Assembly (NCBI GenBank): GCA_001661245.1
Contig: KV454011.1
Span: 1,022,426 to 1,072,412, forward strand
DNA length: 49,987 nucleotides
Source of the DNA: Pachysolen tannophilus NRRL Y-2460
Taxonomy: Eukaryota
Reading direction: 5' to 3'
Shown: in pieces, positions 21,179 to 34,691 of the stretch
Numbering within the stretch: position 1 is the first letter of the stretch
Layout: every line of letters starts with the position of its first letter
The notes under the pieces: generated by a model
What the model was told of the DNA's origin: nothing
Databases searched by the model: none
The model's input: the letters and a program-made list of their open reading frames with translations, nothing else
Translations under genes and position numbers: made by a program

Positions 21179-22525
21179 TCAAATACACCATTCTTCAACA
21201 CTTGTTTCATTTTTGATTGGGACTTTTTCCAAGATTCTTATAGCCATTGCATCTGCAAGATCATCTTCTGTGCGGACGAGATTTAAACTTGAACCGCTAT
21301 TTAAATTACATTGACGAGAATGACTAAAATTAGAATCAATTGGAGTTGAAAGTGTTGCGTTAGTTGTGACATAACGATCTAATGGTGATCCAGTTACTGA
21401 AGTTGATGATGTTGTTGTATGTTCAGCCAAAGGAGATGTTAAAAATGCTGATATTTCTGCGCTATTGGCGGAATTCCCCGAGTCAAAAGAGATTTCTCTA
21501 TCCAATTGGAAATTTGAAGCAATTGGAGAAGTAAATTGCGATTGTGATTGTGATTTAAGACTTGAAATAGAAGACCTTAATTTCGACATTGATGTGTTTC
21601 TAGTTAATTGTGAAGTTAAAGTCATACTGAAATCTGCAGTCTGCACAGACAGTGTTGATGAGGATGAATTTTGAATAATCAGATCGTGCTGCTGTTGTTG
21701 TTGTTGTTGCTGTTGTTGCTGTAATTTCTGTTGAACATGTACAGATTCTGGGATGATTGGTGACAATTCTTCATATTTACAAGGCGGTTCTCCCTTTACT
21801 GGGATTGGCGGCAACAAGTCATCGGTCTTCAACAAAGGCGCTTTATCATGTGAATCAGAAGCGCCGCTATTTATTTCAGCAGAAGCAGAAGCAGAATCAG
21901 AAGCAGTACCACTGCCCACACTTGAATTCACTCCGTTTTCTTTTATTTCCAGTGATGTTATTTCCTGCACTCCCAGCGTGACATCCAGCTGATCTGCTGT
22001 ATTTGTATTTGTATTTGTATTTGTTATTATTTTGGTCACACTAGTAAATTCACCGGGAGTACTAATTGTTGATTTCCGAGAAGCATCGGATTTTGCAGAA
22101 TGTATCGATGTATTTCTATTATGGATCGAGGAAGCCCTTGAAGGCGCAGAGGAACTATTCTTGCGAGTTTTTGAATTTGTCCTTCTCAAATTGATTCTGT
22201 TGACAAGTGATGAGTCCTCTCGCACTGGCATTGACATTGTTTGCTGCTGCTGCTGCTGCTGCTGCTGCCGTATATGATTTAGGGCTTGTTCATCCTGCAC
22301 TGTCAACGAATCTTCATACTTCAAACTTATATATTCGTCCTCCTTACCAAACTCGCCTGGGGCAGAGGAAACTGGTACAACCTCCGACAAGGGCGATATC
22401 GAACAAGAGGAAGAAGAATCCACATCCCCCAGCTTCGTAGAAACCGACGATGACCGGATCCTAAGAGTTGTCTTGTTAATGGTCGATCTAACCTTTTTAG
22501 TGAAAGATCTCTTCAAAGTAGCCAT
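21179..22525 (-). CDS. Ser/Thr/Gln-rich, probably disordered protein of unknown function (448 aa)
   Basis: Long ORF, AAAATG context, clearly higher GC than the flanks, two polyQ tracts; no family recognised. Confidence 0.75.
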   Translation of the reverse strand: MATLKRSFTKKVRSTINKTTLRIRSSSVSTKLGDVDSSSSCSISPLSEVVPVSSAPGEFGKEDEYISLKYEDSLTVQDEQALNHIRQQQQQQQQQTMSMPVREDSSLVNRINLRRTNSKTRKNSSSAPSRASSIHNRNTSIHSAKSDASRKSTISTPGEFTSVTKIITNTNTNTNTADQLDVTLGVQEITSLEIKENGVNSSVGSGTASDSASASAEINSGASDSHDKAPLLKTDDLLPPIPVKGEPPCKYEELSPIIPESVHVQQKLQQQQQQQQQQQHDLIIQNSSSSTLSVQTADFSMTLTSQLTRNTSMSKLRSSISSLKSQSQSQFTSPIASNFQLDREISFDSGNSANSAEISAFLTSPLAEHTTTSSTSVTGSPLDRYVTTNATLSTPIDSNFSHSRQCNLNSGSSLNLVRTEDDLADAMAIRILEKVPIKNETSVEEWCI

Positions 22526-25075
22526 TTTTTCTTTCTATTTCTCTATTTCTTTCTCTCTCTTTGAATAAACCTACTCTATTTATGGGCGATGGACGCTGGT
22601 AAACTTTATACCTCTTATACTTGTGCTATGTCACTTTTTGTCCTTTGTTATATATCATCTAACAATAGTCTAGCTGTAGAATTATATATGTGCGAAAAAA
22701 TTAAAAAGAAAAAAAAAGAAGAAGAAAAAAAAAAAGAAATTCGGGGCTTTCCCTGCGGTGATGCTGAAGTGGAAAAAAAAATTTCTAGGAAATATTGGCG
22801 GTAAATAAAATGATTAAAAGTTTGCAAATATTACAAAAAATTTGATTTTTTTTAAAAAAAATTTTTTGATTCTCAGATGTAGATGGATATTTAAATATAT
22901 ATATATAATTATATAAATATAATTGATTGATTAATTTAATTTAATTTAATTAAATTTAGTGAAAAAATATATGTGCAACATTGAGCGAGATCCATCTTAG
23001 GATCTAAGTTTGGGGAGAGAATTTAAGGTTGAACGAAAAAATTTTTCTTTTTTTTTTTTTTTTTTTTTTGGTTTTTTTTGGAATTTTTTCATTTTTTTAA
23101 CTTTCTTCAACGGCTATACAGCTAATAAAGATGAATATGTATGCATATAATTAACGCAGGTATGTATACAATTTACGTTTTTATGCAATTATTATTAAGA
23201 AATATACTTGACTTGATATTTGAGTTGGGTTATAAAGAACCTTAAACTTGTATATAATTTTGAATTTGAATTTGGAATTTAAGAGAACAAGAAAAAAAAT
23301 AAAAAATTAATATCTTTTACATAATTGTGGGCTATGATAAGTTTGTTTTAATTAGTAAAGGATTTTTGATCCCATTATCCATGGGAGAGATTATTCTATA
23401 TTATTATATCTTATAATGTGGTACAAAAGGACTCTCTGTTTTTTTTTTTCTTTCTTTTCTTACTTACTTTTTATAGACAAAAGGGTTTGAAGCTTTGACT
23501 CTTTGCAGATTCTAGATTCTAGATTCTTTCTTTTTCTTTTCTTATTCGTTTTTTTCTCTTTTAAAAAAAACAGTTAGTTGATAAAAGGCGCATCGACGCA
23601 CCTTGTTTGGCTGTTGCAATTACATGCAACTTACTGTCTTTCAATTATTTCGGGTATGCCTTACGAATGTAGATCGGAAATCGTGCAGTTTAGGCAAAAA
23701 AAAAATAAAAGAAGAAGAAGAAAAAAATTTTACTGAAGATATACATGCGGCAGAGAGAGGTAAGAAGTTAAAGAATAAATAGTTAAACCATTAATATTAA
23801 CTATTATTGGTTTAAAGGATATTATTAATTAATTAATTAATTAATTTTTATAATGACGTGAATGAAATTATCTTGCCTTGGCGATAAGAAGATGAAACAT
23901 TTTTTTTCGATTAATGTTTCCCTTCTCTCTCTATCTCTCTCTCTCTAACTCTTTTTTGTCTCTTAGTCATCGCTTTAAAATATATACAAACTTTTTTTTT
24001 CTCCTCTTGGATAGCAACTCAGCGGTTACGGATACCGCGCGCCGTACCAACAATAGAAAACAATAAAATAAAATGTATAATAATTCATTTATAGTTTATT
24101 CTTTTTTTCTTTCCAGTGTACATCAGTTGTCGGAAAAAAAAATAAGATACAGAAAAATTACCCTAAATTTAAGAAATGTATTGTCGGTTTTTATGATGAG
24201 TAAAAACAAGTTTTTAATTTTTTTGTTCCCCTGTACATTGGGGGAAATACACACACACAGAAAAACAAAATAGAATTGACTTAAAAAAAAGTGGTCTGGA
24301 TTAAAAAAAAAATTCAATAAAGTGTTGTCCCAGATACATTGCATTTTGCATTTTACAATATTCGCCGAATATTTTAAATCTGCAATTACATTAACAAGTA
24401 TTCAAAAAGACAAATTACAAAGATAAAAATTTATGATACTCGGAATGCCGATAAAATGTATAGAGAGAAAAAGAGAAAAAGAGAAAGTGAGAGAGAGATA
24501 AAATAATAAGCAAAATAAAAAAAAAAAATTTTTTTTTTTGTTTGTTTGTTTTTGGTCCGAGGACCCCGGATTTGTCTCGAGTGAACCTCGGACAACTAAA
24601 TAACTAATTCTTTCGCTCTTTCCCTCTTTCCCTCTTCCCCTTTTTCTTTTTCTCCTCTTCTCTCCACTCCTCTCCTCTTCCCGGAAACCTCGAATCATCT
24701 TATTTTTCAATTCCTGTGCTCGCACACGCTTGATCTCCAATAACGTTTGTACCTGCTAGTTAATGTGTAAAAACTCAAAGTAAGGATGGAATTATAATGC
24801 AGGAAGCATAAGGCAAAGAAAAGTTAAAAGAACCAACCAAATGATGAGTATATATGAGAAAAGAATTAAAGAAATTTTTTATTTTTTTAATGTTTCAATA
24901 GCATCAAACCTAAGCTAATCCCTTGCTTATGGGAACCTATTTGCCTAACCTCACACGAGCAGGAAACAAACTAGGAGAGAATTTTTTGAATATAAAGGAA
25001 GAACAAGAAATCGGGCTGGAACTTTCTTTTTTATTTTTTTTTTTTTTTTTTTTTTTTGTTTTCTTTTCTAAATTT

Positions 25076-25548
25076 NNNNNNNNNNNNNNNNNNNNNNNNN
25101 NNNNNNNNNNNNNNNNNNNNNNNNNNNNNNNNNNNNNNNNNNNNNNNNNNNNNNNNNNNNNNNNNNNNNNNNNNNNNNNNNNNNNNNNNNNNNNNNNNNN
25201 NNNNNNNNNNNNNNNNNNNNNNNNNNNNNNNNNNNNNNNNNNNNNNNNNNNNNNNNNNNNNNNNNNNNNNNNNNNNNNNNNNNNNNNNNNNNNNNNNNNN
25301 NNNNNNNNNNNNNNNNNNNNNNNNNNNNNNNNNNNNNNNNNNNNNNNNNNNNNNNNNNNNNNNNNNNNNNNNNNNNNNNNNNNNNNNNNNNNNNNNNNNN
25401 NNNNNNNNNNNNNNNNNNNNNNNNNNNNNNNNNNNNNNNNNNNNNNNNNNNNNNNNNNNNNNNNNNNNNNNNNNNNNNNNNNNNNNNNNNNNNNNNNNNN
25501 NNNNNNNNNNNNNNNNNNNNNNNNNNNNNNNNNNNNNNNNNNNNNNNN
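25076..25548. other. Assembly gap (473 N) bounded by poly(T) tracts
   Basis: Run of N. Confidence 0.99.
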
Positions 25549-26085
25549 AATTTTTTTTTTTTTTCGAAAATAAAACTTAACGCGATAATCAGTTGAGCAT
25601 CATTGTTATTGCATTAGATCTTTATAAATCTACTAATTCTCTTTTTTTTTTTTTAATCTGATTCGAGATTTCTTTTATTCCTTCCTTCCTTCCTTTATTT
25701 ACATTTACATTACAGTATTTTTGTAAATCTGTTTTTTCTTTTCCCAAAAAAATGCTTAAAATTAAGAAACTATCTTTTTTAGTTTTATAGATATCTAATC
25801 ATTATAAAAAAAAAAAAAATAAAAATAAAAAAAAATAAAAAAAAAAAAAAAAAAGATTAATAATGAAAATATAAAAGTAATCAAAAGGAGAATATAGTGC
25901 TGGCTATAAGCCGATTGGAGTAAAACAAACGTAATGTAACATGGGAATAATACTTGAAATACTAGAAAAGTTTTTTTATTAATCGATAACTTTTTATAAA
26001 TTCTTTTTTTTTTTTTTTGTTTTTTGTTTTTTAAATTTTATTTTTCTTACCTTTTGCGTTTAAAAACATGGGGATTTACTTTTAT

Positions 26086-26461
26086 CTAAGCTTTAACATT
26101 TCTTATACCGACTGGCGATCTGAAAATAGCATCTCCTTCTGCGTATCCTCTACCAATACCAAAACCAATTCCTAACCAAACTGGCCAAGCACGTCTTTTG
26201 AACAATAATACCGAGGCCAATACACCACCACCAAAACCCAATCCAGTCTTAACTAATGTATTTGAAAGAACAACATCCCACTAAAAATACCAAAAAATAT
26301 AAATATATATTTATTTATTCATTCCGTTAGTTGATTACTTCATTATTTATTGCCAATTAAAAAAAAAAATAAATATAATATATTTAATGAATACTTACTT
26401 TATCGTTTAAAAGCGTCTGAGAAGAAGTTGTTGGTGTTGTTGTGACTGTTGTTTCTGACAT
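26086..26461 (-). CDS. MIC10: MICOS subunit Mic10, two exons (26461-26399, 26280-26086), 85 aa
   Basis: Not in the ORF track. Spliced: [85 protein letters not shown]. GxGxGxG motifs and the KRR loop are present. Intron 26398-26281: GTAAGT...AACTAAC (26332-26326)...TAG. Confidence 0.96.
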
Positions 26462-27227
26462 GTTTTCCCCTTTCTTTATCTTATCCACTTGATGTTAGTA
26501 AAAAAATATTGTGTTTCTGAAAAGTACAAGATAAAAGTTATTGTTTATGTTTCCCAAAAAAAAAAAAAAAAAAATTCGAAATCGAAATCGAAATCTATCT
26601 AATCAATATTTTTTCTTTTTTTTTAATGAAAATTGAAAAAATTCATCTCATGATAACACTACATTTGAAAGAGCGGTTATACACTTAAATGAAACACTTC
26701 AAAGTCAAATTAAAATAGAGCCAAAAAAAAAATAATCAAACTCAAAACTTCGTATAATTGACGTATAATTTATTCCTTAAAACTCTTTGAATTTCGCTAT
26801 TTATACATATTATGTAAAAAATTGTTGATCAGACATATATTCTCATTTCATTTTCTTTATAAACATATAACTTTCCTCTTTCCATTCATAACATTATTCT
26901 TCATCCTTTACTTACTATAGTTAGTGAATCAATTTATTTTTAAAAAATATATATATTTTTTTGTAGTAAACCCACAGTAATTTCTCTTTTGTTTTCAATT
27001 GATTGATTTCTAAATGCTCCCCCCAAAAAAAAAAGTTATGAAATAAAATGAAATAGAAAAAAAAAATTAAAAAAAAATTCAAATTTTAGTGTTTTGTATT
27101 GGTCCAGTGAATTTGCAACCGCTCGCACGACTTTAAAAATAAGTGCCATAAAAAACACAGGTGGTGTGCACAAATAGCATATATTCCGTATTAGGAAACA
27201 TGTTTTTACTTTTGTTGTAGGCAGAAA

Positions 27228-27363
27228 ACGCGTTTTGTTTTATTTTGTTTTGTTTTGCTTTTTCTTTTGTTTAATTTGATATCAGGAAAACTACCTCTTG
27301 TTCATATTCGTTTACTACTACTTATTACTATTACTACTACTGTTTTGTAAAAAAAAAACGCGA
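27228..27363. promoter_or_regulatory. MCB elements (ACGCGT 27228-27233; ACGCGA 27358-27363) upstream of MRC1
   Basis: Exact motifs in very AT-rich DNA; MRC1 is an established MBF G1/S target. Confidence 0.7.
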
Positions 27364-27468
27364 AGAAAAAATGGCTTTAGTTGTAACGGCGTCTAATAAT
27401 TATTTATATTTCTTATACTTTTAAATTTGATTTGTTAGATATACCTGTGATATATGTGTTTATGAGAT

Positions 27469-27966
27469 ATGGATCTCTTAGATGGGTTGGATGAGGTTCC
27501 AGCTAAAGCAAGAACTTTTAGCAGGAAGCAAATTGATTTCCAACTTTTATCTGATGATGAGAATGATTTTTTACCGGAACAAACCCAACAACATGTTGGT
27601 GAAGATGTTTCTCAGAATAAGTTTCCATTAGGTTTTGATTCAGATGTATTGGGCAATCTTGGTGCTTCTGAATTATATAGCGGTAACAATAACGCTAACG
27701 ATCATGAACTTTCGGAAGGAGTCGCTGTTGATAGGACTCAATTGATTCAAAATACTGCTACTACATCAACGCCATTTATAATGAGCGATACACAACCGAC
27801 AAATTTATTATTCAATTCTAAAGTTATTGAACGTGTTAGGAGAAGGTTGAATGGTGAATTGGCTTTGGATGAACAGAATAAGGAAAATAACGTGCTAGGG
27901 TTACCGGATATTACGCAAAAAATTCAGCCAATTTCTAATACTAGTAGTAGTACCAACAATGATAAT

Positions 27967-28009
<43 letters not shown>

Positions 28010-31000
28010 GTAGTGGTGGTAATTCCGTCACACAACTCATTAATGAAGAAAATAATTCATACACTGACACTCAGGTGGTGCCTACAGAAAGGGAACCCGA
28101 TGAGGCTATTTCTGATGATGCTTCTTCCCTGAATATTGAAATCTTGACAAAGGAAAAAAGAGCTAAAAAAATACAGGAATTAGTTGAAAAGAAAAATTTA
28201 CTTAGAAAAAAATTGGAAGAAGAAAAAAGGAAAACCCTTGAAGAAATGGATGATTATAATGATCTGGAAAACTCTAGAGTCATTTCCACTGTTAAGGCAA
28301 CTAATACTTCAAAGAAAAGTAGAGGGGATAAGAGAATTGCAGAAGAAACAAGAAGATTACTGCAACAGGTGGAATTTATTCCTCATATTTCAGAAAATAA
28401 AAAATTTAGTAAAAAACTGTTATTTAAAGATTTTGGTTTCGATGACGATGATGATGATAATAATGCTAGTCACAGCAGTCAAGATCAAGACATAGATACC
28501 AATATATCATCCTCGCAACCTCGTATGGATGATGACGAGAATTCTCCCACTACAAATCATAAATCAACTCCGTCTACTTCGCCAATTAATTCGCAATCGA
28601 AATCTCATTCCAAGGAATTTGAGATTCTATCGGATTCTTTGTCAGACAGTGAAAATTTTGAAAATGGTTTAAATTTATTCAATAAAGAAAAATTTAATAA
28701 TATTACTGAAAAACAAAATAAACAGTTAAATAATCAAGAATCGAACAAGACTGATATTTCAAAAACTCAGAAAAGAGCATTAAATAATCCATTACATTTT
28801 TATGAAGAAAAATTAAATGAGGAACTGAAAATTAATAAGAAAGGTGTGAAAGCAATTGAACTAGATTCTGATTCCGAAATTGATGATATTAATGATTTTA
28901 AAAAATCTACATCCAAGGCAACACAATTAGAAGTGAAAACAAAATTCATGAATAAGAAAAAAAAGAAACAAAATAATAAATTATCTGTTATAGATAAGAT
29001 GATAGCTAATCATTTGTTACCACAGAGACCAATGCCACTGGCTAATTCTTCAAGAATTTTTGTAGCAGATTTACAATATAAAACCACAAGACAATTGAAA
29101 AAACTCACAAAGGATAAGAATCTGCTCAGAGGTGACTTATTGGAGCAACTTTCAAATGAAGATGAAGAAAAAACTTTAAAAGTTCAAGATTTATTGGAAC
29201 AGGAAATTCAAAGAAATCTCAGATTAAAGGAAAAAGAAAAACGTCAGTCAAAAAACGAAGGAAAAAAATCAGATGATGAAGAAGAAATTGCAGACAGTGA
29301 ATATAGTGATGAAAATGAAGATAGCGAGGTTCCAGATAGTGACTCAGATAACGATGCATCCGAAGATGGAAATCATGAGATTGAAGAAGTTGGAAATAAT
29401 GGACAAGTTCAAGTACAAGTTCAATCTAGCGTTCCTGAAAATAACGAGAATATTCATGAAAAAGATGAACCTGAAGAACTCACTGTCAAATATAAGAAGA
29501 AACTGCGCAAGATTAATGCATTATCTGACGATGAAGATGACTCAAGTAATCAGAAATTTGTTGAAGATGACAGTTTCATGTTTGGCGCACATAATAGCAA
29601 TATCGATGATGATAACAATAACAATTCAGGTGAGTTTAATCTCGGCTCCTATGGAACAGACGTTGCAAATTTTAAAAATATGTTGAACATTTCAATGACA
29701 CAAGCTTTTGAATCAACTTTGCCGTCAATTCAGGGGGCCAACAGCAAAAATATTATGAACAAATTGAGAGATAGAGAGTTGAATTTAATTGAAGAAGTAA
29801 ATGAAGGTGATAGCACATCTATTAATAATAAATCATATGATTCATTTATAGGCTTAGATGATGGTGGTAGTAATAATGGGTCTTTTAGAGTAGATAGTAG
29901 TAAATTATTGCAAAATTTCAAGGACAGTGAAATTCAAGAAGATCAGGAAACTCAGGCTGCTAACAGCATTACCAATGACATGCCTTTTAGGACACAAGAT
30001 ATGATGATAGCCACGCAAGAGGACAGTAATAATTCCTTGAAAAATCTATCAAGCGAAAATGGAGTATTAACTCAATTACTAAAAGATTCACTGAACAATA
30101 AACCGAAGAGGAGAAAATTAATAAGAAAATTGGTTAAAATGCAAGAATCATCTGTTTTGTCCTCAGAGCAAGACGAAGAAGAAGATGATGATGATGAATC
30201 AGACGAAGAGTTGAGAAGAATGAATTTTGAAGTTGCCAAAGAAAAACAAAGACAGAGAGAAATTCGCCGGAGAAAGAAATTAAAGGAATGGAAGCGTAAA
30301 GGTGTTAGTAATATTGTAGATGCAGAAGCTGTGGAGTCTGACGACGAATGGCAGGGTCTTGGGGGTGCTGATGGTGAACTATCTGATGTTACTGACAGTG
30401 AGGATGAAAAAATGTTGGACGATACTTCCAAACTTGTTTTAAATGAAAGTGAATTACGTCAGAAGTTCGCACAAGAACAATATCAAAATGATGACAAAAT
30501 GATTAGAAGGCTTTTAGACGATTTGAAAAATGGTAATTTGAGGAAAAGACGTGCTGGTGGTTTGGGAAATAATGGCTTGGATCTAGAATTGAGTGATGAA
30601 GAAGAAGAAGAATTGAGGAACTACTATAAATCAAGATTGGAAAAACAGAAAAGAAACTTAATGCAAGATAGTAAAATGGCTGAAATTGCAAATGACGATA
30701 AGTCGAGAGCCTTTTTTGAGAGTATTGCAGATAAGCCAGTTGAATTCAAATTGGAAGATGATCTTGATGATCTTGAGGGTCCTGTTGAAGAAGAGCAAAC
30801 CCCATCTGGAGGGAAGGAAGATGAGTTAATCGAAGACCAAGAAGATAATCCATTTTTAGCTGACGAGAATCCATCAAGAAAAAAGAGAAAGATTAAAGTT
30901 ACTAGTGATTATATTAGCAAAACGTTATCAATGATTCTTGAGGATAAAGCAACGAATTATGAAGATGCAATTGAGAAAAACCAAACCTTATCTAAGTTGC

Positions 31001-31566
31001 AACATGGATCTGCGGATGAAGAAGATGATATTGCTGACTTGTATACTTTGAAAAAACAGTCAAGTATTACTATATCGTCATCGGGATCTATTAGTAGCAC
31101 TAGCAGCAAAAAACCTCTTTCCGTTCCATCACTAAAGCAAAAACAACAAGTTGAAGAGACAGAAGAAGACGAAATTATAACTGTTGACGAAGAAAATATC
31201 GGAAACAAAAAGACTGCAGATGATTCCTTTGATGACGATGAATTCAATCCAATGAAGGCATATTCATCTATGCTTAGTTCTTTCAAGAAACCAAAACATT
31301 CGGTTGTCAGTAGCAATAGTACTTCCTCACTTTTGATAAAAGAAGGAAGCAGTTCTGATGTTACGATTTCTAGGAGTTACAAGAACTCCAATGGTTCTAA
31401 AGGAAGTATTAGTTACATTGCAAATAAAAACAAGGTTAGCGGAAAGATGGGATTGATTAACAGTACTAGAACTTTGAAAGTCAAGACCATTGAGAAAAAG
31501 TTGCAGGACTCGAGTCATAGCAGAAACGAGTTAAGAGGAATTTTTAACGCAGGAAGCTTTGATTAA
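27469..31566 (+). CDS. MRC1: Replication checkpoint mediator Mrc1 (Claspin), 1365 aa
   Basis: Acidic, SQ/TQ-rich; Mrc1 domain IVDAEAVESDDEWQGLGGADGE...LKNGNLRKRR...KSRAFFESI; synteny with VAC17 and KRR1. Confidence 0.93.
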
Positions 31567-31828
31567 ATTTTTTCATAATTTGTTAATATTGTATATTAGT
31601 TTTGATTTTTGTTGTTGTTTTGTTGTTGAAGCAATTTATTTTTGGGAAATTAAAATAAATCTTTAGTAAATAAAATTATTATATTAAACCGAATGTGTTG
31701 GGGTTATTATATAGCAAAGTAAAAAAAAAAAAAAGACAATATTGAACACCTAATTCTACCGATATAAATAAATGCATATTAAAGAATGAAATCAAGAGAA
31801 AAGCGAGTAAGAAACAAAAAAGCTGATT

Positions 31829-32654
31829 TTAAGTAGAAAATGCAAAATCATCATGTAAGGCATCATTTAAAGCAGAATGACTAATTCTACTGCTCAATAC
31901 ATTATGATTATTGAAAGGACTATTGAATCCATAATTAGTTAATTTTGAACCTTTTGGACCTATTGTTATTGTAGAATAATTACCTTTGATCTCATTACTT
32001 CTGTTGTGGAAACCGCTGGTGTCATTTTTCGTGTAATTTTTTGATGATTGATTTATCGTATTTTGCGAAAAATGATGGTGGTGGATATTCTCATTGACAG
32101 GATGCAACGGTTTACCTATTTCAGAAGTCACGGTTAAGGATGTAGATAATGTCAATTTTTTCTGTAGCGATTGAGTCCATTGAAGGAACTGAGATGGAGT
32201 CAACTCATTTTTCTGACCCTGATGATGATGATTATGGTGACGACGTTTATCACTATGCCTTTGCAAGTGAGGATATTGATCTTCACCACATCTCATGCTG
32301 TCGTCAAGAAATAGATCAAGCATTTCTCCTTGAGGTCGCAAGAATTCATGGATGAAAACTGGATTTGATGAGGAATTTGTTTCATTTTTTTTAATATTTT
32401 CCCTTTTCTTAAAGTAACTATTCGCGACAACAGCACTTAACAATTCTTTTCCACTTTTGGCATTGTTGATATTTGACTTTATATCTTGTGGTCGCGGTGA
32501 TCGAGGTGATCGAGGTGATCGCAAATAGTTATCAAAACTATTCAAGAACGGGAGCGAACTAACAGACGCTTTCAATGATATGGTTCTGGAAGGTGTGGAT
32601 AGTGACTCTTGACTGGAAATATGACTTTTTAAAAAATTGGTATTTTCATTATTT

Positions 32655-32695
<41 letters not shown>

Positions 32696-34171
32696 ATTTT
32701 CTTGTGTTGCCAGGGAAACAGTTGGAGTCGCATTAATATGCATGGTTTCAATGGTTGGGTGATTTTTAGATCCGGAATTTTGAAATTTGTTTAACCAGAG
32801 CAACGTTTGTTTCTTTAAACGATCATTTTCCATAAAAGTGGCATTGTAAGGTTCAGGCGAAGAAGGAGATGATGAAATTGTGGAATAAGTAGTAGTTGGT
32901 AATGACAATGATAAACCTTGATTTGTAGAAAAAATACTATTATGAGAACCGGATCTTTTCATAGTAAGCGTTCCTGAAGAGGAAGTAGAGTCAGAATTTT
33001 GTTGTTCTATATGATGTCCCAAGTTAAATTGAGATAGCAAAGTAGAAGGACTTAAATCAAGATCTAATTCACTATTATCAAATTCAAAATTTTCAGTATC
33101 ATAAAAATTTAAACCTGTATCATAGGAAATAAAATGCCTAATATTTGTATTTAAGCAACGTTCTTTTTCTCTTGTCAAATATTTGACCATTTCATTTGAA
33201 TTGTGGTCATAATCACTTTCATATATTTCATTATCGGTAAAACTGTGCACAGTTTGAAACTCTGGAGTTTCGGGCATAGAACTACTACGTTTCCTCGATT
33301 GGGTTACCGTTTGTTCCTCTTGATTGTTGGGCATTGTATTTATAATAATATCATTCAAGTTTTTATTCAACTTCGGTATGCATTTTTCATTAGCTGGTAC
33401 CAGATCCAGTTCCAGCTCCAGTTCCAGCTCCAGTTCAGGGTATGTAGAGCTATTTGGAGTAGAGTAATACATAGTATTTAACGAATCATTAAATTCGTGA
33501 GTTGAATTGGGGGTTGGTGATAAAATCTTTTGAGTCTTGCATTTTATTGGTCTCAATTTAAAATCAACTACAGTATCATCATTTTCATTCTCATATTGTT
33601 GTTGTATTGTTTGATTCTGAGTCTGTTGATCATTTGTTAAAACAGTTGTTGGAAAATTTTCAGTAAAAATCTCATTATTTGAAAATAATTCATTATTATT
33701 ATTATTATTATTATGATCAAGTTTTTTCTCTTGTTGATTTATATTTATATTTAAATCTCCACAATCTTTATATTTACAACTGAGATATTCATATTCCAAA
33801 TATAAATTTTCAAGTGTTGCTTCAGTAGTTTTCCAATCCAATTTAGATCCTCCAATTCCTTTATTCATATTTGAAATATGATTTTCTTCATTAAACATGG
33901 CATGTGTAGCCAATACATTCAATTGTGCTTCAAAATAACTTGTTCTCAAATTCATTGCTTCCAATTGTCTTGCTAAAAAATCTGATTTAAAATTTGTATA
34001 ATTAACATCATTTTGTTGTATATTCTTAGTATGGTTACGTAAGCCCTCATGAAGATTTATTATGTTACTCATCAACCTTATACTATCATCCATAGATCGA
34101 ACTGTATCTGATGATAAGCGCTTCAATCTCTCTAAAACAATGGGGAGATTGAAATCATTAGAGAAATCCAT
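31829..34171 (-). CDS. VAC17: Vac17-like vacuole-inheritance myosin V adaptor (about 780 aa)
   Basis: C-terminal SSRISHSALNDALH resembles the Vac17 C-terminus from memory; N-terminal helix LERLKRLSSDT; convergent with MRC1 as in S. cerevisiae. First ATG is at 34171. Confidence 0.65.
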
Positions 34172-34295
34172 ACTCCATATGTATATATATATATATATAT
34201 AATTATTTATCTTTGTTATCAATTCTCTTTTGAAATATATTTAGTACATGGGTCTGCTAGTAGTTGTATACTTTTATACGCATAAATATATAAAC

Positions 34296-34328
<33 letters not shown>

Positions 34329-34691
34329 ATTAATTGAATTAATCCTATCTATCACTAACTAACCAAATCGATTTTCTTTTAAAACCAAACTAAAAATGTG
34401 AATTGGAACATTTAGATTCAAAAAGAAAAAAAATTAAATTAAAAATAAGAATAAATTATTCTCTCTTCTTTTAAGGCTAACAAAATTCCTAAAATCAACA
34501 TTTCATCTGCTAAAACAACAAAAAAGAAAAATAAAAAAAATTTAAAAAAAAAAAAAATTTTTTTTTTTTTTTTTGGTAAACAAAAACAAACTTCCTAATT
34601 GGGATTTTGGTGTTTTTGGGCCACGACTTTTGATTTTGATGGTTTCCTTTGATTTGTTTGAAGGTATGTTAATTGATGATTGTTGGAAGGT

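Noticed and set aside
21179..22525. Identification as LRE1/HLR1 by synteny, or a CaaX motif at EEWCI
   Set aside because: It lacks the HRHRRS-type motifs I recall for Lre1, and the Cys is at -2 rather than -4.
22526..26085. Possible centromere in the long intergenic region
   Set aside because: No CDE elements, long inverted repeats or retroelement remnants are visible; the gap prevents a firm conclusion.
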